64,000 nt of DNA from Phyllobates terribilis (Eukaryota), in the NCBI RefSeq assembly GCF_046119375.1, contig NW_027362772.1, positions 222,952,001 through 223,016,000 on the forward strand, written 5' to 3'. Shown here piece after piece: positions 36,964 through 49,149 of this stretch. Made by a program: the position numbers and the translations under genes. Within the stretch, counting starts at the first letter, position 1, and each line of letters begins with the position of its first letter. The notes under the pieces are model-generated. The model did not search any database. It saw only the letters and a list, made by a program, of their open reading frames with translations, and was not told where the DNA came from.

Positions 36964-39900
36964 AGGGTGCACTTCTGGACTCTCCCCAGTGAGCGGGTAT
37001 AAGGCCTCCTGGTCCGTTGCTTCCTCTTTCTAAGCTTCTGACCTGCCTGGAGCTAGGCCTGGCTTCTATGCTGTTTCTCACTCTCTCTCTCTCTCTCTCT
37101 CACCTGCTGGCTTTGTAGTAGGACTTTCCTCTGGCAACCACTCTCCCTGGATGCTGGGGCCTTTGTGGTTCCTAGTCCTGTCGATGGGTTTAGCTTCAGG
37201 TCGACCGGGGACTTGTAGTCCTCCTGGTATGCCGGTGATCCCTACTGAGTGAAGATGCCCCCGTAGGCGCGGACCCGGTGTCCGGCTGGTATTTTGGGGT
37301 GAGCCTATGATGCTCCTCTGCCCCCTTATCACTTCTCTCCTTGCCTCCGGCCACACTCGGGGCCCTCAACTCAGGCTTCAGCATGTGCTGCAGGCCTCAA
37401 CTTGCCTCAGCACAGTAGCCAGCGTGCTGCTACTTCACTGAGCACTCTCTTAACTGATCTAGCAGACTGATCTGACTACCTAACTCCACCCTCCAATATA
37501 TATGTCCCTGACAGGCTCCCTCTGGTGGTATGAGGTGGAAGGGTGGAGGTGTTTGTGTGTAGCGAGTGCCTCTTGTGGAGAAGTCCATCCATGCACCCTT
37601 TTGGGTCCTGTGGTACCTGTGAACAGCAGGGCGCCACATTCCCCCCTAGTACAATTCAGTACTCCTGGACTGAAGCATTTTGTAAAAGGTTACAACAACA
37701 ACAATTATAATAACAATTTTAACATTTCCTTAAAACATATAATACACCCTTCTTAAAGTCTCAGTGAGATCCATTACAGGTGTCCATCTCACTGGTGAAG
37801 GTGCAAATGGAGCAGCATGAGGGACCTGTCCAAAAACCCTCAACGTAGGCCCTGGGCGTGGCTGCAGGGCATAGGTGATCCAGGTGTTGGACCACGTCTT
37901 CGGCCACGCCAAACGGGTTTTTGTTCTGAGGTCATGTGATGCATAAATAAAATCAATAAAGGGGGCACTTTAAGGAGTGCAACTATTTACAAATAAAGTT
38001 TTTGGCTGCTCACAGTCCTCAGCCTTCAAGTCTTTATACCCTTACGGGTAACTAAACGCACATATATATTTTCAGTTCACATAAATAATAACAGCAGGCA
38101 ATTCCCAACTGGGTAACTATTTACACTGCAGCCATTTTTAACTTATTCCCTATACCTGCCAGGGATTTGGCCTTGTGTGCTGCGTGTAGACCTATGTAGC
38201 ACTGGGGTGTTACTAGTGTCTGTGCGTGCACTATCCACTAACCTATCAGATCTACGTGTGGGTAAATCATAGAACTGCCTCAATCTCTCTATGGGAATGG
38301 CAAGTACACTGTTTACTGGGCCTTCTGGCTCTGCTTCAACTGGTGATCCTTCTTCTGGGGATTCTTCTTGTTCCTGAGCAGGCTCTTGCTGGGCGCTTAC
38401 AGGTTCTACTTGCAGTGGAGGTTCTTCTGGTTGCTGATAGAAGTGCATCAATGGTATGAGTGCTCCATCAAGTTGAGGCCAGTCCGCAGGGAAATCTCCT
38501 AGAACTGTATGAAGTACATCTTCTTTGGGTTCTTCCGATACTATAAGAGGTACTTCCTTCTCCTGTGGCTTAAATAGATCTGGGCATAATTTCATGTGGT
38601 CTCTTGAGACTGTTGCAATTGTCTTACCTCCGTCTTTACTGATCAGGCAGGTTTTGCTGTTGTCAAATCTAGAATTTAACACAGTGTAGGGTTCTCTTTC
38701 CCACTGGTCATCGAGCTTGTGACCTCTTTTCGGCTTTAGCACGATTTCTCCAGGTGCCAAGGGTTCTGCTGGTGCATGCTTATTATACTGGCCTTCTTGC
38801 TTTTCCCTTACTCTGTTTAGACTGTCTTCGACACGGGCCTGTACTCTTCTGTACTGCTCTTGTCGAGTTGTGTCCCAGTCTTCAGTGGACATATCTGCAT
38901 CAGGTTCTACCACTCCGAGGTCCAGGTCCATGGGCAACTTTCCGGGTTTTGCTCTCATGAGGTACGCTGGGGTGCTCACAGGTATGTGATTGTACAGATC
39001 TACCAGGTCAGGTAGTTTGTCTGGCCACTGGTTCCATTCTTCCAAGGGTAAGGTTTTCAGCAGGTCTATGATGATGTTGTTCATTTTCTCACACAAACCA
39101 TTGGTTTGAGGGTGATACGGCGTAGTCCGGATCTTCTTGCACCCATACAGATGACTGAATTCTTTAAACAGCTCGGCTTCAAAGGCAGGGCCTTGATCCG
39201 TCAGCACCTTGTCCGGGTATCCATGGGGCCTGCAGAAGTATGCTTGGAACGTTCTTGCTGCAGTTTCTGCTGTCAGATCTTTGACAGGGGCTACCACCAG
39301 GAACCGGGAATAGTAATCCACCATGGTCAGGGCATAGGAATAGTCTGACCTGCTGGGTGACAACTTGATATGATCCAGAGCGACAATCTCCAAGGGTCGA
39401 GTTGTTTTGATGGGCTGCAGGGGTGCTTTCTGGCTGCCGTAGTCATTCCTTCTGATGCTACAGGGCCCACAATTCCGGCACCACTTTTCTATGGAGCTCC
39501 GCATTCCAACCCAGTAAAACCGGTCTTTCAGCAGGGTTTCCAGTTTCTTCCAGCCAAAGTGACCTGCTTGATCGTGGTAGGCCTCTAACACCATCTGGAT
39601 GTCTGTCCTGGGTACTACGATCTGCCACACCATTTCATGGGTTCTGGGGTTGACATAGCTTCTGCACAGCTTCTCTCTGTAGATGAACAGCCGGCTTCTC
39701 TCATTCCACAGTTGCTTAGCTTGCAGAGGAGCATCCTTCTCCAGCTGAGAACCTTCTTGGGTTATCAGTCCTTTGATGAGGCTGACAACCGGGTCACTGT
39801 CCTGGGTCTCCTACCATCTGTGATAAGGTAAAGGGTTTAGTGTCTTACCACGACATCTTCTAGAGGTGCGCTGCTCGTGGACCATCCCATTTCTGTGGAA

Positions 39901-42900
39901 GGCAGGTAGTTCAATCTCTTCAATGACATCCACTTCATCCTCGATGTCCGACTGGTGGGGCATTCTTGACAGGGCATCAGCATTGGTGTTCTTGTGACCT
40001 GCCCGGTACTTGATCGTGAACTGATAATTTGACAGTCTGGCCACCCAATGCTGCTCCATCGCTCCCAACCTGGCTGTCTCCAGGTGTGTCAAGGGGTTGT
40101 TGTCAGTAAAAGCTGTGAATTTAGTTGAGGCTAGGTAATGCTTAAATCGTTCAGTGATGGCCCAGACCAAGGCCAGGAACTCCAGCTTGAAGGAGCTGTA
40201 ATTTTTTGGGTTCCTCTCGGTAGGGCGAAGCTTCCTGCTGGCATAGGCAATCACCTCTTTGCCATTCTGCTTCTTTGATAACACAGCTCCCAGTCCCTTG
40301 TTGCTGGCGTCGGTGTACAGCAGGAAAGGTTGGCTGTAGTCAGGGTAAGCCAGGATTTCTTCACCAGTTAGGATCTCCTTCATCACTGCAAATGATTCAG
40401 CCTGTTCCTTACCCCACTGGAATGGGGGGACTTTTGCCTCTCTTGGACTGTCCTACCAGGAGATCTTGTAAAGGTGCTGCCTTTTTGGTGTAGTCCTTTA
40501 TGAATCTCCGGTAGTACCCGACCAGTCCCAGGAATTGACGTACCTCCTTGATGTTCTTAGGCTAAGGCCACATCTGGATGGCTGTGACCTTCTCCGGGTC
40601 TGGTGCTACTCCCTCTGGGCTGACTATGTGTCCCAGGTACTGAACCTTCCGTTTGAGCAGGTGGCACTTGGAAGGCTTCAGTTTCATCCCATACCGGGAC
40701 AATGCTTCAAATACCTCGCCAGGTGCTTCAAATGGTCCTCATACGTCCTGGAGTACACGATAACGTCATCCAGGTATAGCAGCACTGTCTCGAAGTTACG
40801 GTGTCCTAAACAGCACTCCATCAACCTCTGGAACGTTCCGGGGGCGTTGCAGAGTCCAAACGGCATACTGTTGAACTCACAGAGTCCCATCGGGGTAGTG
40901 AAGGCTGTCTTCTCCTGGTCTTCCTCAGCAACAGAGACTTGCCAGTACCCACTAGTAAGATCCAGTGTAGGGAAGTAATTTGCAGACTTTAGTGCAGCCA
41001 GGGATTCCTCTATACGGGGCAAAGGGTATGCATCTTTATGTATTATGCGATTAATCTGTCTATAATCTACACACATTCTCATGCTACCATCCTTTTTCCT
41101 GACCAGGACCAGGGGAGCTGCCCAGGGGCTACAGCTATCCCTTACTACCAATGCCCTCTTCATGTCATACAACATTTCCTTCGCTTTCTGGTAATGTGCT
41201 GGTGGTATGGGTCTGTAACGCTCCTTGATGGGTGGATGGTTACAGGTGGGTATGTGGTGTTGTACCCCTTTAACCCTTCCAAAATTTGTAGAGGACATCA
41301 GGTATGATGGTTACCTGTGATCTGGTGTCCAGTAGGGCAGGTGTTTCGATGCCATCCAGCACAAATGGACAGGAAAGGTCTTCCTCCCACGAACCGGTTG
41401 TACCAGCTTGATGGGCCTGGTTGGTTTACTACTGGGTGTCGGCCCTCGGCCCCAGTGTTTGCTCGTTTAAAGGACAGGTCCGTGCAGTGTGGCCTGCCTT
41501 GCGACAATGGTAGCAGACGAATTCTCTTGGGGGGCAACAATGGTTGCTGGTCCTCCCACGGTGTGGCGTTGTCCTCATTCTCCTCATCCAGGGGACATCC
41601 TCAGGACTGTTGGCGAGTAGGATCCTTCCATCCGTCTTGGGCTCTGTCTGTAGCTGCAGGGCGCTCAGGACAGTGGTCAGAGTTTTGCTTAGCTGACGCA
41701 CTTCAGAGTGCAGACTGTCCAGCTCACTAGGGGTCGCTGTTTGCACTTTTGCTTCAGCTGCTAGCGAAGGAGTAGTGGGAGCTGCGGGCACTGGGGTGGC
41801 CCCACCCTGGTAACATTGGATAGCAGTATTTGATGTTTCCAGGGGCTGCAGACCCTTTATAGCCATGTCCTTCAGCGTGTCAAAGGTGGCATCTGGATGA
41901 TCTTAGGCCCACCACCGTACAGTTCTGCTCTCCTCCTGGGACCTTAACCCCTGGATGAATTGTTCTGTCAGTGTTTTACTCTCATCATGTATGCTGGCTG
42001 GACTAACCTGTTTCAGGGCCCGCAGCGCCTCTTGTAAGCGCCAGGCGTAGTCCCGGACACTATCCTCAGGTTTCTGGGTACAATGGTAGAACCTCATCCG
42101 GAGATCTGTCTCAGTGCGGTTCTCAAAGACAGCTTGGAGTTTCTTGAATATGATGGATACTGACTCCTGGTCTGCGGCTGGCCAAGTTTCAACTTCCCGC
42201 TCTGCAACACCAGTCAATTGTCCCAGTACAACAGCGGCTCTCTGTTTGCCAGTCATAGAGTACATATCCAACACACCGCATATTTTCCTTTTGAATCCAG
42301 ACAGGGTGTCTTGTTTACCATCGTACTGGGGAAGCCATTTTGCTCCAGGGATGTACGGCAGGGCCATGGGTATGACTGGAATCGTGACCCCTGCTGGTGG
42401 GGTGGGTGCTTCAGCTTGTTCAGCGCCGGGCGCGAGTTGAGCATAGGGAGCGTTAACCGATGCCCCGGCGTTTTGCTGGTCGTCGGCCATGGTTGCGCCA
42501 CCCTAGTGAACCGTAGCCTACCTTCTGTACTTTCATCGGGTAGGCCGCAGCTCCGCAGGTGAATGTCTTCTTCCAGGACCTTGCGTCTCTCTCACGGCTG
42601 ACGTCAGAGAATGCACTTGACGACGGTCTCTTTCCAGGACCTGACGCTTCCTGGTTCGACGTCGAGGCGCGAGGCGGGGCCTGGGTTTCACGCGCTTCCA
42701 GTAGTCACGCCTCTCTGGTTCCCGCGGTTATGCCCCTCTTCTTCCCGCGCGGCGGTGTGGTAATGACGGCGATGTTCACCACAGTTTAAACACAGTTCAA
42801 TTACAGCACACAGTACCCGGTGGCAACGGGCACGAAATCCTGTTCGTGACGCCAGAGATGACGCGCCCCCAGGTCAATGGGGTACTCGGCAGCCGGGCCT

Positions 42901-43903
42901 TTAGATACTGGGGAATGAGATATATGTATGTCACAGTGGCTGCGGCCCGGTCCATGGCCCAGGGCAGTCCACAAAAAGAGGATTATTTACAAGGGAGTTG
43001 TAGTTTGTCCGGTAATCGGTATCAGCGCTGCTGCAGACCTCTGGAGCAGTTGATAGGACAGCTTGGTTGGAACGGCTCCCCACAGGTGGAGAGGGCCCCA
43101 GGGCAGTGTAGGATGGATGGGGATGCAGGTGAGAGGTGGCCAGGTCGGATCAGGGGGAATGACGGACACGCACACAGGGGTTCGCTTCAGTACCTTTACT
43201 GGTGTGATAACTGGTACGGTCCAGGGTACTCGGTGGTAAGGGTGCACTTCTGGACTCTCCCCAGTGAGTGGGTATAAGGCCTCCTGATCCTTTGCTTCCT
43301 CTTTCTAAGCTTCTGACCTGCCTGGAGCTAGGCCTGGCTTCTATGCTGTTTCTCTCTCTCTCGCTCACCTGCTGGGTTTGTAGTAGGACTTTCCTCTGGC
43401 AATCACTCTCCCTGGACGCTGGGGCCTTCGTGGTTCCTAGTCCTGTCAATGGGTTTAGCTTCAGGTCGACCGGGGACTTGTAGTCCTCCTGGTATGCCGG
43501 TGATCCCTACTGGGTGTAGATGCTCCCGTAGGCGCGGGCCCGGTGTCCGGCTGGTATTCTGGGGTGAGCCTATGATGCTCCTCTGGCTTCTTATCACTTC
43601 TCTCCTTGCCTCCGGCCACACTCGGGGCCCTCAACTCAGGCTTCAGCATGTGCTGCAGGCCTCAACTTGCCTCAGCACAGCAGCCAGCGTGCTGCTACTT
43701 CACTGAGCACACTCTTAACTGATCTAGCAGACTGATCTGACTTCCTAACTCCACCCTCCAATATATATGTCCCTGACAGGCTCCCTCTGGTGGTATGAGG
43801 TGGAAAGGTGGAGGTGTTTGTGTGTAGCGAGTGCCTCTTGTGGAGAAGTCCATCCATGCACCCTTTTGGGTCCTGTGGTACCTGTGAACAGCAGGGTGCC
43901 ACA
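36964..43903 (-). mobile_element. Ty3/Gypsy element B1 (decayed)
   Basis: 5' LTR 42859-43903 and truncated 3' LTR 36964-37638 matching 43239-43903. PBS 42837-42854, PPT 37639-37650. gag 41429-42490 with in-frame TAA at 41903. Protease region mostly deleted near 41283. RT 40684-41298, RH 39811-40386, IN 38143-39633. Confidence 0.94.
38143..39633 (-). pseudogene. B1 integrase (open 496-aa segment)
   Basis: HDQAGH...CRNCGPC zinc finger, LDH/DQG/CEKMN core, GPY/F-like region, RSTRSTQGQIP tail. Confidence 0.9.
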
Positions 43904-44051
43904 TATGTATAGAGATGACTACTCTTAGTATGCACCTGTACACACCAGTTTTCTGTTTGGAAGTGACAATCAGTCTTTTGTTATTTATATACTGGAAGGC
44001 TGGGTCCAGCCTGGAGGGTCCTCTGGCATGGGATTATACTCGGACTTGTTC

Positions 44052-44622
44052 CTAAGCATGTTCGTGAAAGCGGAGATCAATGCTAGAAGCCAGAAGTATA
44101 AGAGCTTTCAGGGAAGATGGTAGATACCTGCCTGCCAATTCATCATTAATTCGACCAGACAGGCTCTGCCAGAAGGTTACCACCAAGGTTTCTTCTTTCC
44201 AGGCTAGCTTCACAGCCAGTGTATGGATGCATCGAGCATAGTCTGCTGGAAACAAGTAGGTGTGGAGAGAGAAGTATATCTGACACTGGTTAATGAAGAC
44301 ATGGCTCTCCTTGGGATCTCCATCGTAGCGGAACGGGGGCGGAAGCTGAAACTTAGCTGTTCCTCCAGAAACTGGAGCCATTGGTGGTTTCCTTGGAGAG
44401 GCAGTCTGTCCTGTAGTAGGATGGTCAGACAGAGTATAGGCGGGGGAGAGGAAGAACATCATGGCGGTCAGATCCTGCAACTGAGTTGCCACCACATTAA
44501 TAGTCTGCATCATCTGGTCTTGACACTCTCGTTGAAAATGGACTTTCTCGCACAGCACTTTTACGTTAGACTTGGGGTCTCTGGGTCCCGATTTGTCAGC
44601 AGAGTCCATGGCCTTAAAATCC
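44052..44622 (-). pseudogene. Element C gag relic
   Basis: PPPFRYDGDPKESHVFINQCQIYF, typical of Ty3/PEG10-type gag; lies just inside LTR 44623-45271. Confidence 0.85.
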
Positions 44623-45271
44623 TGTAACGCTAATGGGTGTGTGCCCACTGTGCGACGGTCCGGGCTTACTCTGGAGGGGTGTGACTAAGTGTCTACCGGG
44701 TATTCACTAAAGCCTCTGATGGTGAGGATAGGCTGGGCCACCGGTAGACACCAAGTACCACTCCAGGGCAATCCTGGGGACTGCAGCAGCTGACCAGAGT
44801 GTCAGAAACTCGGGCACGGGGTACAGTTGGGTGAGACAATAGCGTAGTCAGACGGTCCAAAGTCGGAGCAGAAAGGACAGGTTCTGAATTCATAGCCGAG
44901 ATCAGGAGCAGAGAGATCAGGATAAACGAGAAGGTAAGAAAGGTCAATAATAGGTGAGACAAAACAAGAATATGCCAATGCAGGAAGCAAGAGACTAAGC
45001 TACTAGAACCTAAGTTCAGGCGAGGAATGGAGGTGGAGACACATAATATATCACCTGCTGGCAGGTGATAAGCCAGGGAAGCAGATCTCTGCAGAGCAGA
45101 ATGGATACAAATTTCTGCATCGTTAGGACACACCCCTATCACTCACAAACAGCAGAGCTGGAAGAGAAGCATAAGGCAACTCAAAGGGACGGTCAGGTAC
45201 TGGGTGGAGCAGAGCGAAACACATGGTGAGTAGGGCTGCGCTTAGAAGGCATGCGATTTGCCAGCATAACA

Positions 45272-45343
45272 CATATCTGTTACACAGGCATGTTATAACA
45301 TCAACTCTTGCTTGAGAAGACTTTATTAGCTCTATTGGAATAT
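45272..45343 (-). mobile_element. RTE/BovB-like LINE piece 3
   Basis: IPIELIKSSQARVDVITCLCNR joins in frame to IWTTGK at 29308 once element C and one CATAT copy are removed. Confidence 0.8.
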
Positions 45344-46127
45344 TGTCACATCCAAAGGCTTTGTTGTTTGACAGAAGCTTTATCGCAGCAATGACATCGT
45401 CTTTCAGGATGTTTGGTTTTCCATCATTTCCAGTCTCAGTGTCATGCTCCTGGGTTCAAACCCTCAAGCCTGTGTTTTGTTGTCGGCTTCTCTGTCCACC
45501 AAGCCACAGCAGACACACCTTTTCTCCGGGTATTTAGGTTTTGTTATTCTGACTGCAGTCTGTTTAGCATTACACAGGTGTTTTTATTTGCCTGCCTTAT
45601 CACCTTATGGGTGCGGCTGTATATTGTTTTCTCCTGCTGGCATTTCCTGCTGTTGATAGTCTCTTTTTATGTTCAGCCATTCTGCTGTAGTTTAAAGCCA
45701 GTGAGTGAAATTCCAGCTAGGGTTTATCTCTTTGCTGTTTCTGTTCCTTACTCTGCACCCATTTTCTGTTTCTTTTTAGGAAGTAGGCTGCATATGATCT
45801 AACATTACGTACTTTATACTTTATTTTGGATTTTGTGGTTTATTTTACTCACTTTGGGATCTTTATTTTTCAGCACACTTTCCTTTTTGTAGGTAATTCA
45901 CACTCTGCTCTGCCTCCGGTTCTTTAGGAGGAACTTGAAGCGCTCACAGCCTATCAGGCAGCATAGGTCCGAGTTTACATCTGCTAGTTTGTGGTTAGGG
46001 CTATCTCAGCTCACATATGAACCACTAGGGACTGCGGGGTCAGGATCTCTTGTCTGTACAAGAACCGGCAGGGTCAGTTGCAGTTTTTTACCTATTATCC
46101 CGAGTGAGTTGCTGCTCTAGCATAACA
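45344..46127. mobile_element. Probable isolated LTR E inserted in the RTE LINE
   Basis: TGTCACA...CATAACA termini. Interrupts RTE homology. No target duplication, but about 25 RTE codons are missing at the junction. Confidence 0.55.
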
Positions 46128-46788
46128 CTCAGTTTTTTTCCCATATCACTGAATCGTCCTTGTAGAGGCGCTCTGTTTACTCTTTCCATCTTTCCTTGAT
46201 CTGTTCTGGCAGAGTTTGTTCCTGTTGGCATCTTTCCACATTTCCATTCTTGGTTGAATCTTTCATGGTATCTCTTTGATATTTAGTTATTTTGCCTTCC
46301 TGGTCTTGCCCCTCAGATGTTCGCTTTCTATCTCTGTACATATCTTTTGGTAATAAAGTTCTTTGTCTGCTCGAATGGCTCTCTTTAGTCTTTTACTGAT
46401 GCTATCTGTGTCCTGCTTGTTACCTTTTGCCATTCATCTTTCTTTGATGATCTTTAGGGTATCTTATGTTAAACATTGCTGTGGAGATCTCTTCTGCCGC
46501 TTATTTATTTTCTTACTGGCATCTTCAGTAATAATAATCTTTACATGTGTTCATCATTCCTTAGACTTTCTTTCATCCATGTCCAGTGATGTAAATTGGT
46601 TGTGCAGACCATTCCAAAAAACTTCAGATATCTTAGTCAAATCGAAGCTGGAACAGCTTGTTGTCTATTCCTTTTGCACAGCTTGACTTTAATCTTTGAT
46701 GTCAAAAGTTCATGATCAGTTCTACAGACAGCTACTGGCCTTGTTTTCACTGTAATGATTGACGACCTCCATCTTTGGCAAACACATA
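46128..46788 (-). mobile_element. RTE/BovB-like LINE piece 2 (end of endonuclease and linker)
   Basis: CQRWRSSIITVKTRPVAVCRTDHELLTSKIKVKL ... EQIKERWKE*TERLYK. Confidence 0.88.
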
Positions 46789-47783
46789 TGTGGCACCCCA
46801 GGGGTCTGGTCTCCACAATAATAGCAATATTATGTCTGAGAGCAGGTGGGAGGTCTCTTGGTCAGGGATCTTATGCATGCCACACCTCCTGCCCAGTCCT
46901 GGGAGGGGAAGAACTTCCCCTATATAAACCTGGGGCTGAGGCAGGGTTAGGAGAGAACAAGAGTAGAGAAGAGAAGCAGCATAGGAAGAAACAACAGGAG
47001 CTCTGTGGAGCAGTGCTACAAGGAGTCAGGGGCTGGCAGCTGCAGAGCTCGCCCTGACTGAGAAGTTATCACCGGACCCGGAGTCCGAGGCTGTGGGGAC
47101 TAATCCTTACCCAGCAGCAGAAACCGACCGGCAGGGGATTGCAGGTCCTCTGGCCCAGAAACCCGAAGGCACGGTCACACGCGTGGGACCAGCACCGCCA
47201 TCGTGGAGCGGAAGCCATTAGAAGGCCCCGAGTCACGGCCATACGGGTGAGCACCACACGGTACACTCAGGGACCTGGGCTACTTTTACCCGCCTCTAGC
47301 AAGGTAGCCAGAAGAGTACAGTTAGCTGGGAAGGCCTACAACTCCGCCTGGCCAGGGGAGATCCCATCTGCTCAAGGACTGACCAGGCCCCGATCGCTAG
47401 CAAGTACTCCGGGAGGGTCTATCTTTGTCACCAGTAAAGACCCTGAACTACACGCATCGTCTCTGAGTGGTTCCTGCTACCCCCATCATCCACGTCGGCT
47501 GCCCTGAGGCCATACCCCTCCCGTTGGGGGTTATACCATCCCCGCTGCACCATCCTTCCACCGGCCTCAGCGGTCTGCCCTGCAGCGGCAGCTCCAAAGC
47601 TGCATTCAACGGGTGGCGTAGTCATCCAACATCCACTGCTATTTTACCGCCACTTAATCTGACTCCCTGGGCACGGACCGGGTCACCGCCACAAGACTAC
47701 TACCCCCATCTGATCCGGCTCCGGGTAAGCCCCCGTGTACGCGATGCCGCACGGCACAGAAGGCCCAGGGGTGCGTCAACTTT

Positions 47784-47802
47784 TGGCGTAGTCGGCAGGA
47801 TT
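47784..47802 (+). promoter_or_regulatory. A2 primer-binding site, tRNA-Ser (GTAGTCG-acceptor type)
   Basis: TGGCGTAGTCGGCAGGATT, a 19-nt complement of the recalled tRNA-Ser 3' end. Confidence 0.88.
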
Positions 47803-48168
47803 TCGTGCCCGCAACCACCGGGTACTGTGTGCCTGAAAAAGACTGTTCAAACTTACCAGTGGTGAAGTTTCCCGCCATCCGGCGCCATCTTTTGCCTTCT
47901 TCCCGCCATCCGTGGAGTTTTCCCGCCGTTGGACGCCATCTTGAAGACGCCGCGCGGGAAGAAGAGGGGCGTGGACTCCGAAGGCGCGCGAGAACTGAAG
48001 CCCCGCCTCACGTCCGGACGTTGCGTAAGGTCCTGGAAGGAGCCCAGCAGACGCCGACGTCACAGGAGCGCGACGGAAGGTCCTCGACCCTGACGATCCA
48101 CTGCGGAGCCGCGGCCTACGGAAGAGGATCATCGCAAGGTAGGCCACGGTCCACTAGGGGGGAGGAAG

Positions 48169-49149
48169 ATGTCGGATACGGAGGAGAGCTTCACTGCCTC
48201 AACCCCCGCCAGCGTCAGCGCTGCTGCAGTCATGCCTTTCACCATGCCCTATATCCCGGGAGCAGCCTGGCTACCCCAATACTCAGGGGAGTCACATACC
48301 CTGAATGACTTTAGAGAAAAGCTGGATAGCCTCTTCCAGGTGTACCCCCTCACAGAAGAGCAAAAAGTGAGCATCCTGGTGGCCCAACTAACCGGGGCAG
48401 CCCAAAGGGAGGTAAAGTCCTGGCCACCTGGGAGGAGGACTGTCGCAGGGATACTAACCCGGCTGAGGGACACCTTTGATACCCGCACCTCAGCCGAGAT
48501 TAAGCTTAAATTCTATGGGTGCAAGCAGCGAGCACATGAGAGTATAAGGGACTATGCACTAAACCTACAAGAGGCCCTGAGAGCCATTAAGCAGACCGAC
48601 CCCGACAGCGTGGGAAACGAGGACAGGCTGTTAACCGAACAATTTATAGAGGGACTATATTGCAATGTCCACCGAACCCAGTTGCGGGCCATAGCCTTAC
48701 AGGATCCTCATCTGGACTTTGCACAGTTCAAGGACAGAGCTATCCGGGTGCTCCGAGAACCGGCACCGGGTGGCGTTGTGACCCACAGGCGCCCAGCTAT
48801 CACTTACCACCAGGAGGCGGCGCCCTTGTCGGCAGGGCCTGTGGGGGATGATGCGCAGGCTTTGAACAATGACCCGGCTCCAGATCTGCACCATCAGGTC
48901 CAAGAGCTAGCTAAAAGCGTTGCTGCGCTAACCCGAACTGTGCAGTCTTTACAGGTTTCCACTCCAGGGAAGATCCAGCTGGCATCCGGACCGGAGGACA
49001 TCCCGTGGCGCCGACCAAGGAGGACCCCACCGGCCAGAGGAAGACCCAGCGACCGATACAACGAGGACGGACAACCCATCTGCCGCCGCTGCAATCAACC
49101 CGGACATATGGCAAGGTACTGTCCTTTAAACTGGCACGACCTGGGGTAG
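48169..49149 (+). CDS. gag: A2 Gag (326 aa, intact)
   Basis: Open ORF with CCHC knuckle CRRCNQPGHMARYC. Confidence 0.95.
   Translation: MSDTEESFTASTPASVSAAAVMPFTMPYIPGAAWLPQYSGESHTLNDFREKLDSLFQVYPLTEEQKVSILVAQLTGAAQREVKSWPPGRRTVAGILTRLRDTFDTRTSAEIKLKFYGCKQRAHESIRDYALNLQEALRAIKQTDPDSVGNEDRLLTEQFIEGLYCNVHRTQLRAIALQDPHLDFAQFKDRAIRVLREPAPGGVVTHRRPAITYHQEAAPLSAGPVGDDAQALNNDPAPDLHHQVQELAKSVAALTRTVQSLQVSTPGKIQLASGPEDIPWRRPRRTPPARGRPSDRYNEDGQPICRRCNQPGHMARYCPLNWHDLG

Larger units (their letters stand above)
29309..45271 (-). mobile_element. Old Gypsy element C (Ty3/sushi-like), host of nested elements G and B1
   Basis: Related LTRs at 29309-30006 and 44623-45271 in the same orientation. CATAT 5-bp target duplication (29304-29308, 45272-45276). 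PPT-like tract 30007-30030. gag, PR, RH and IN relics lie in order on the minus strand. Confidence 0.85.
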
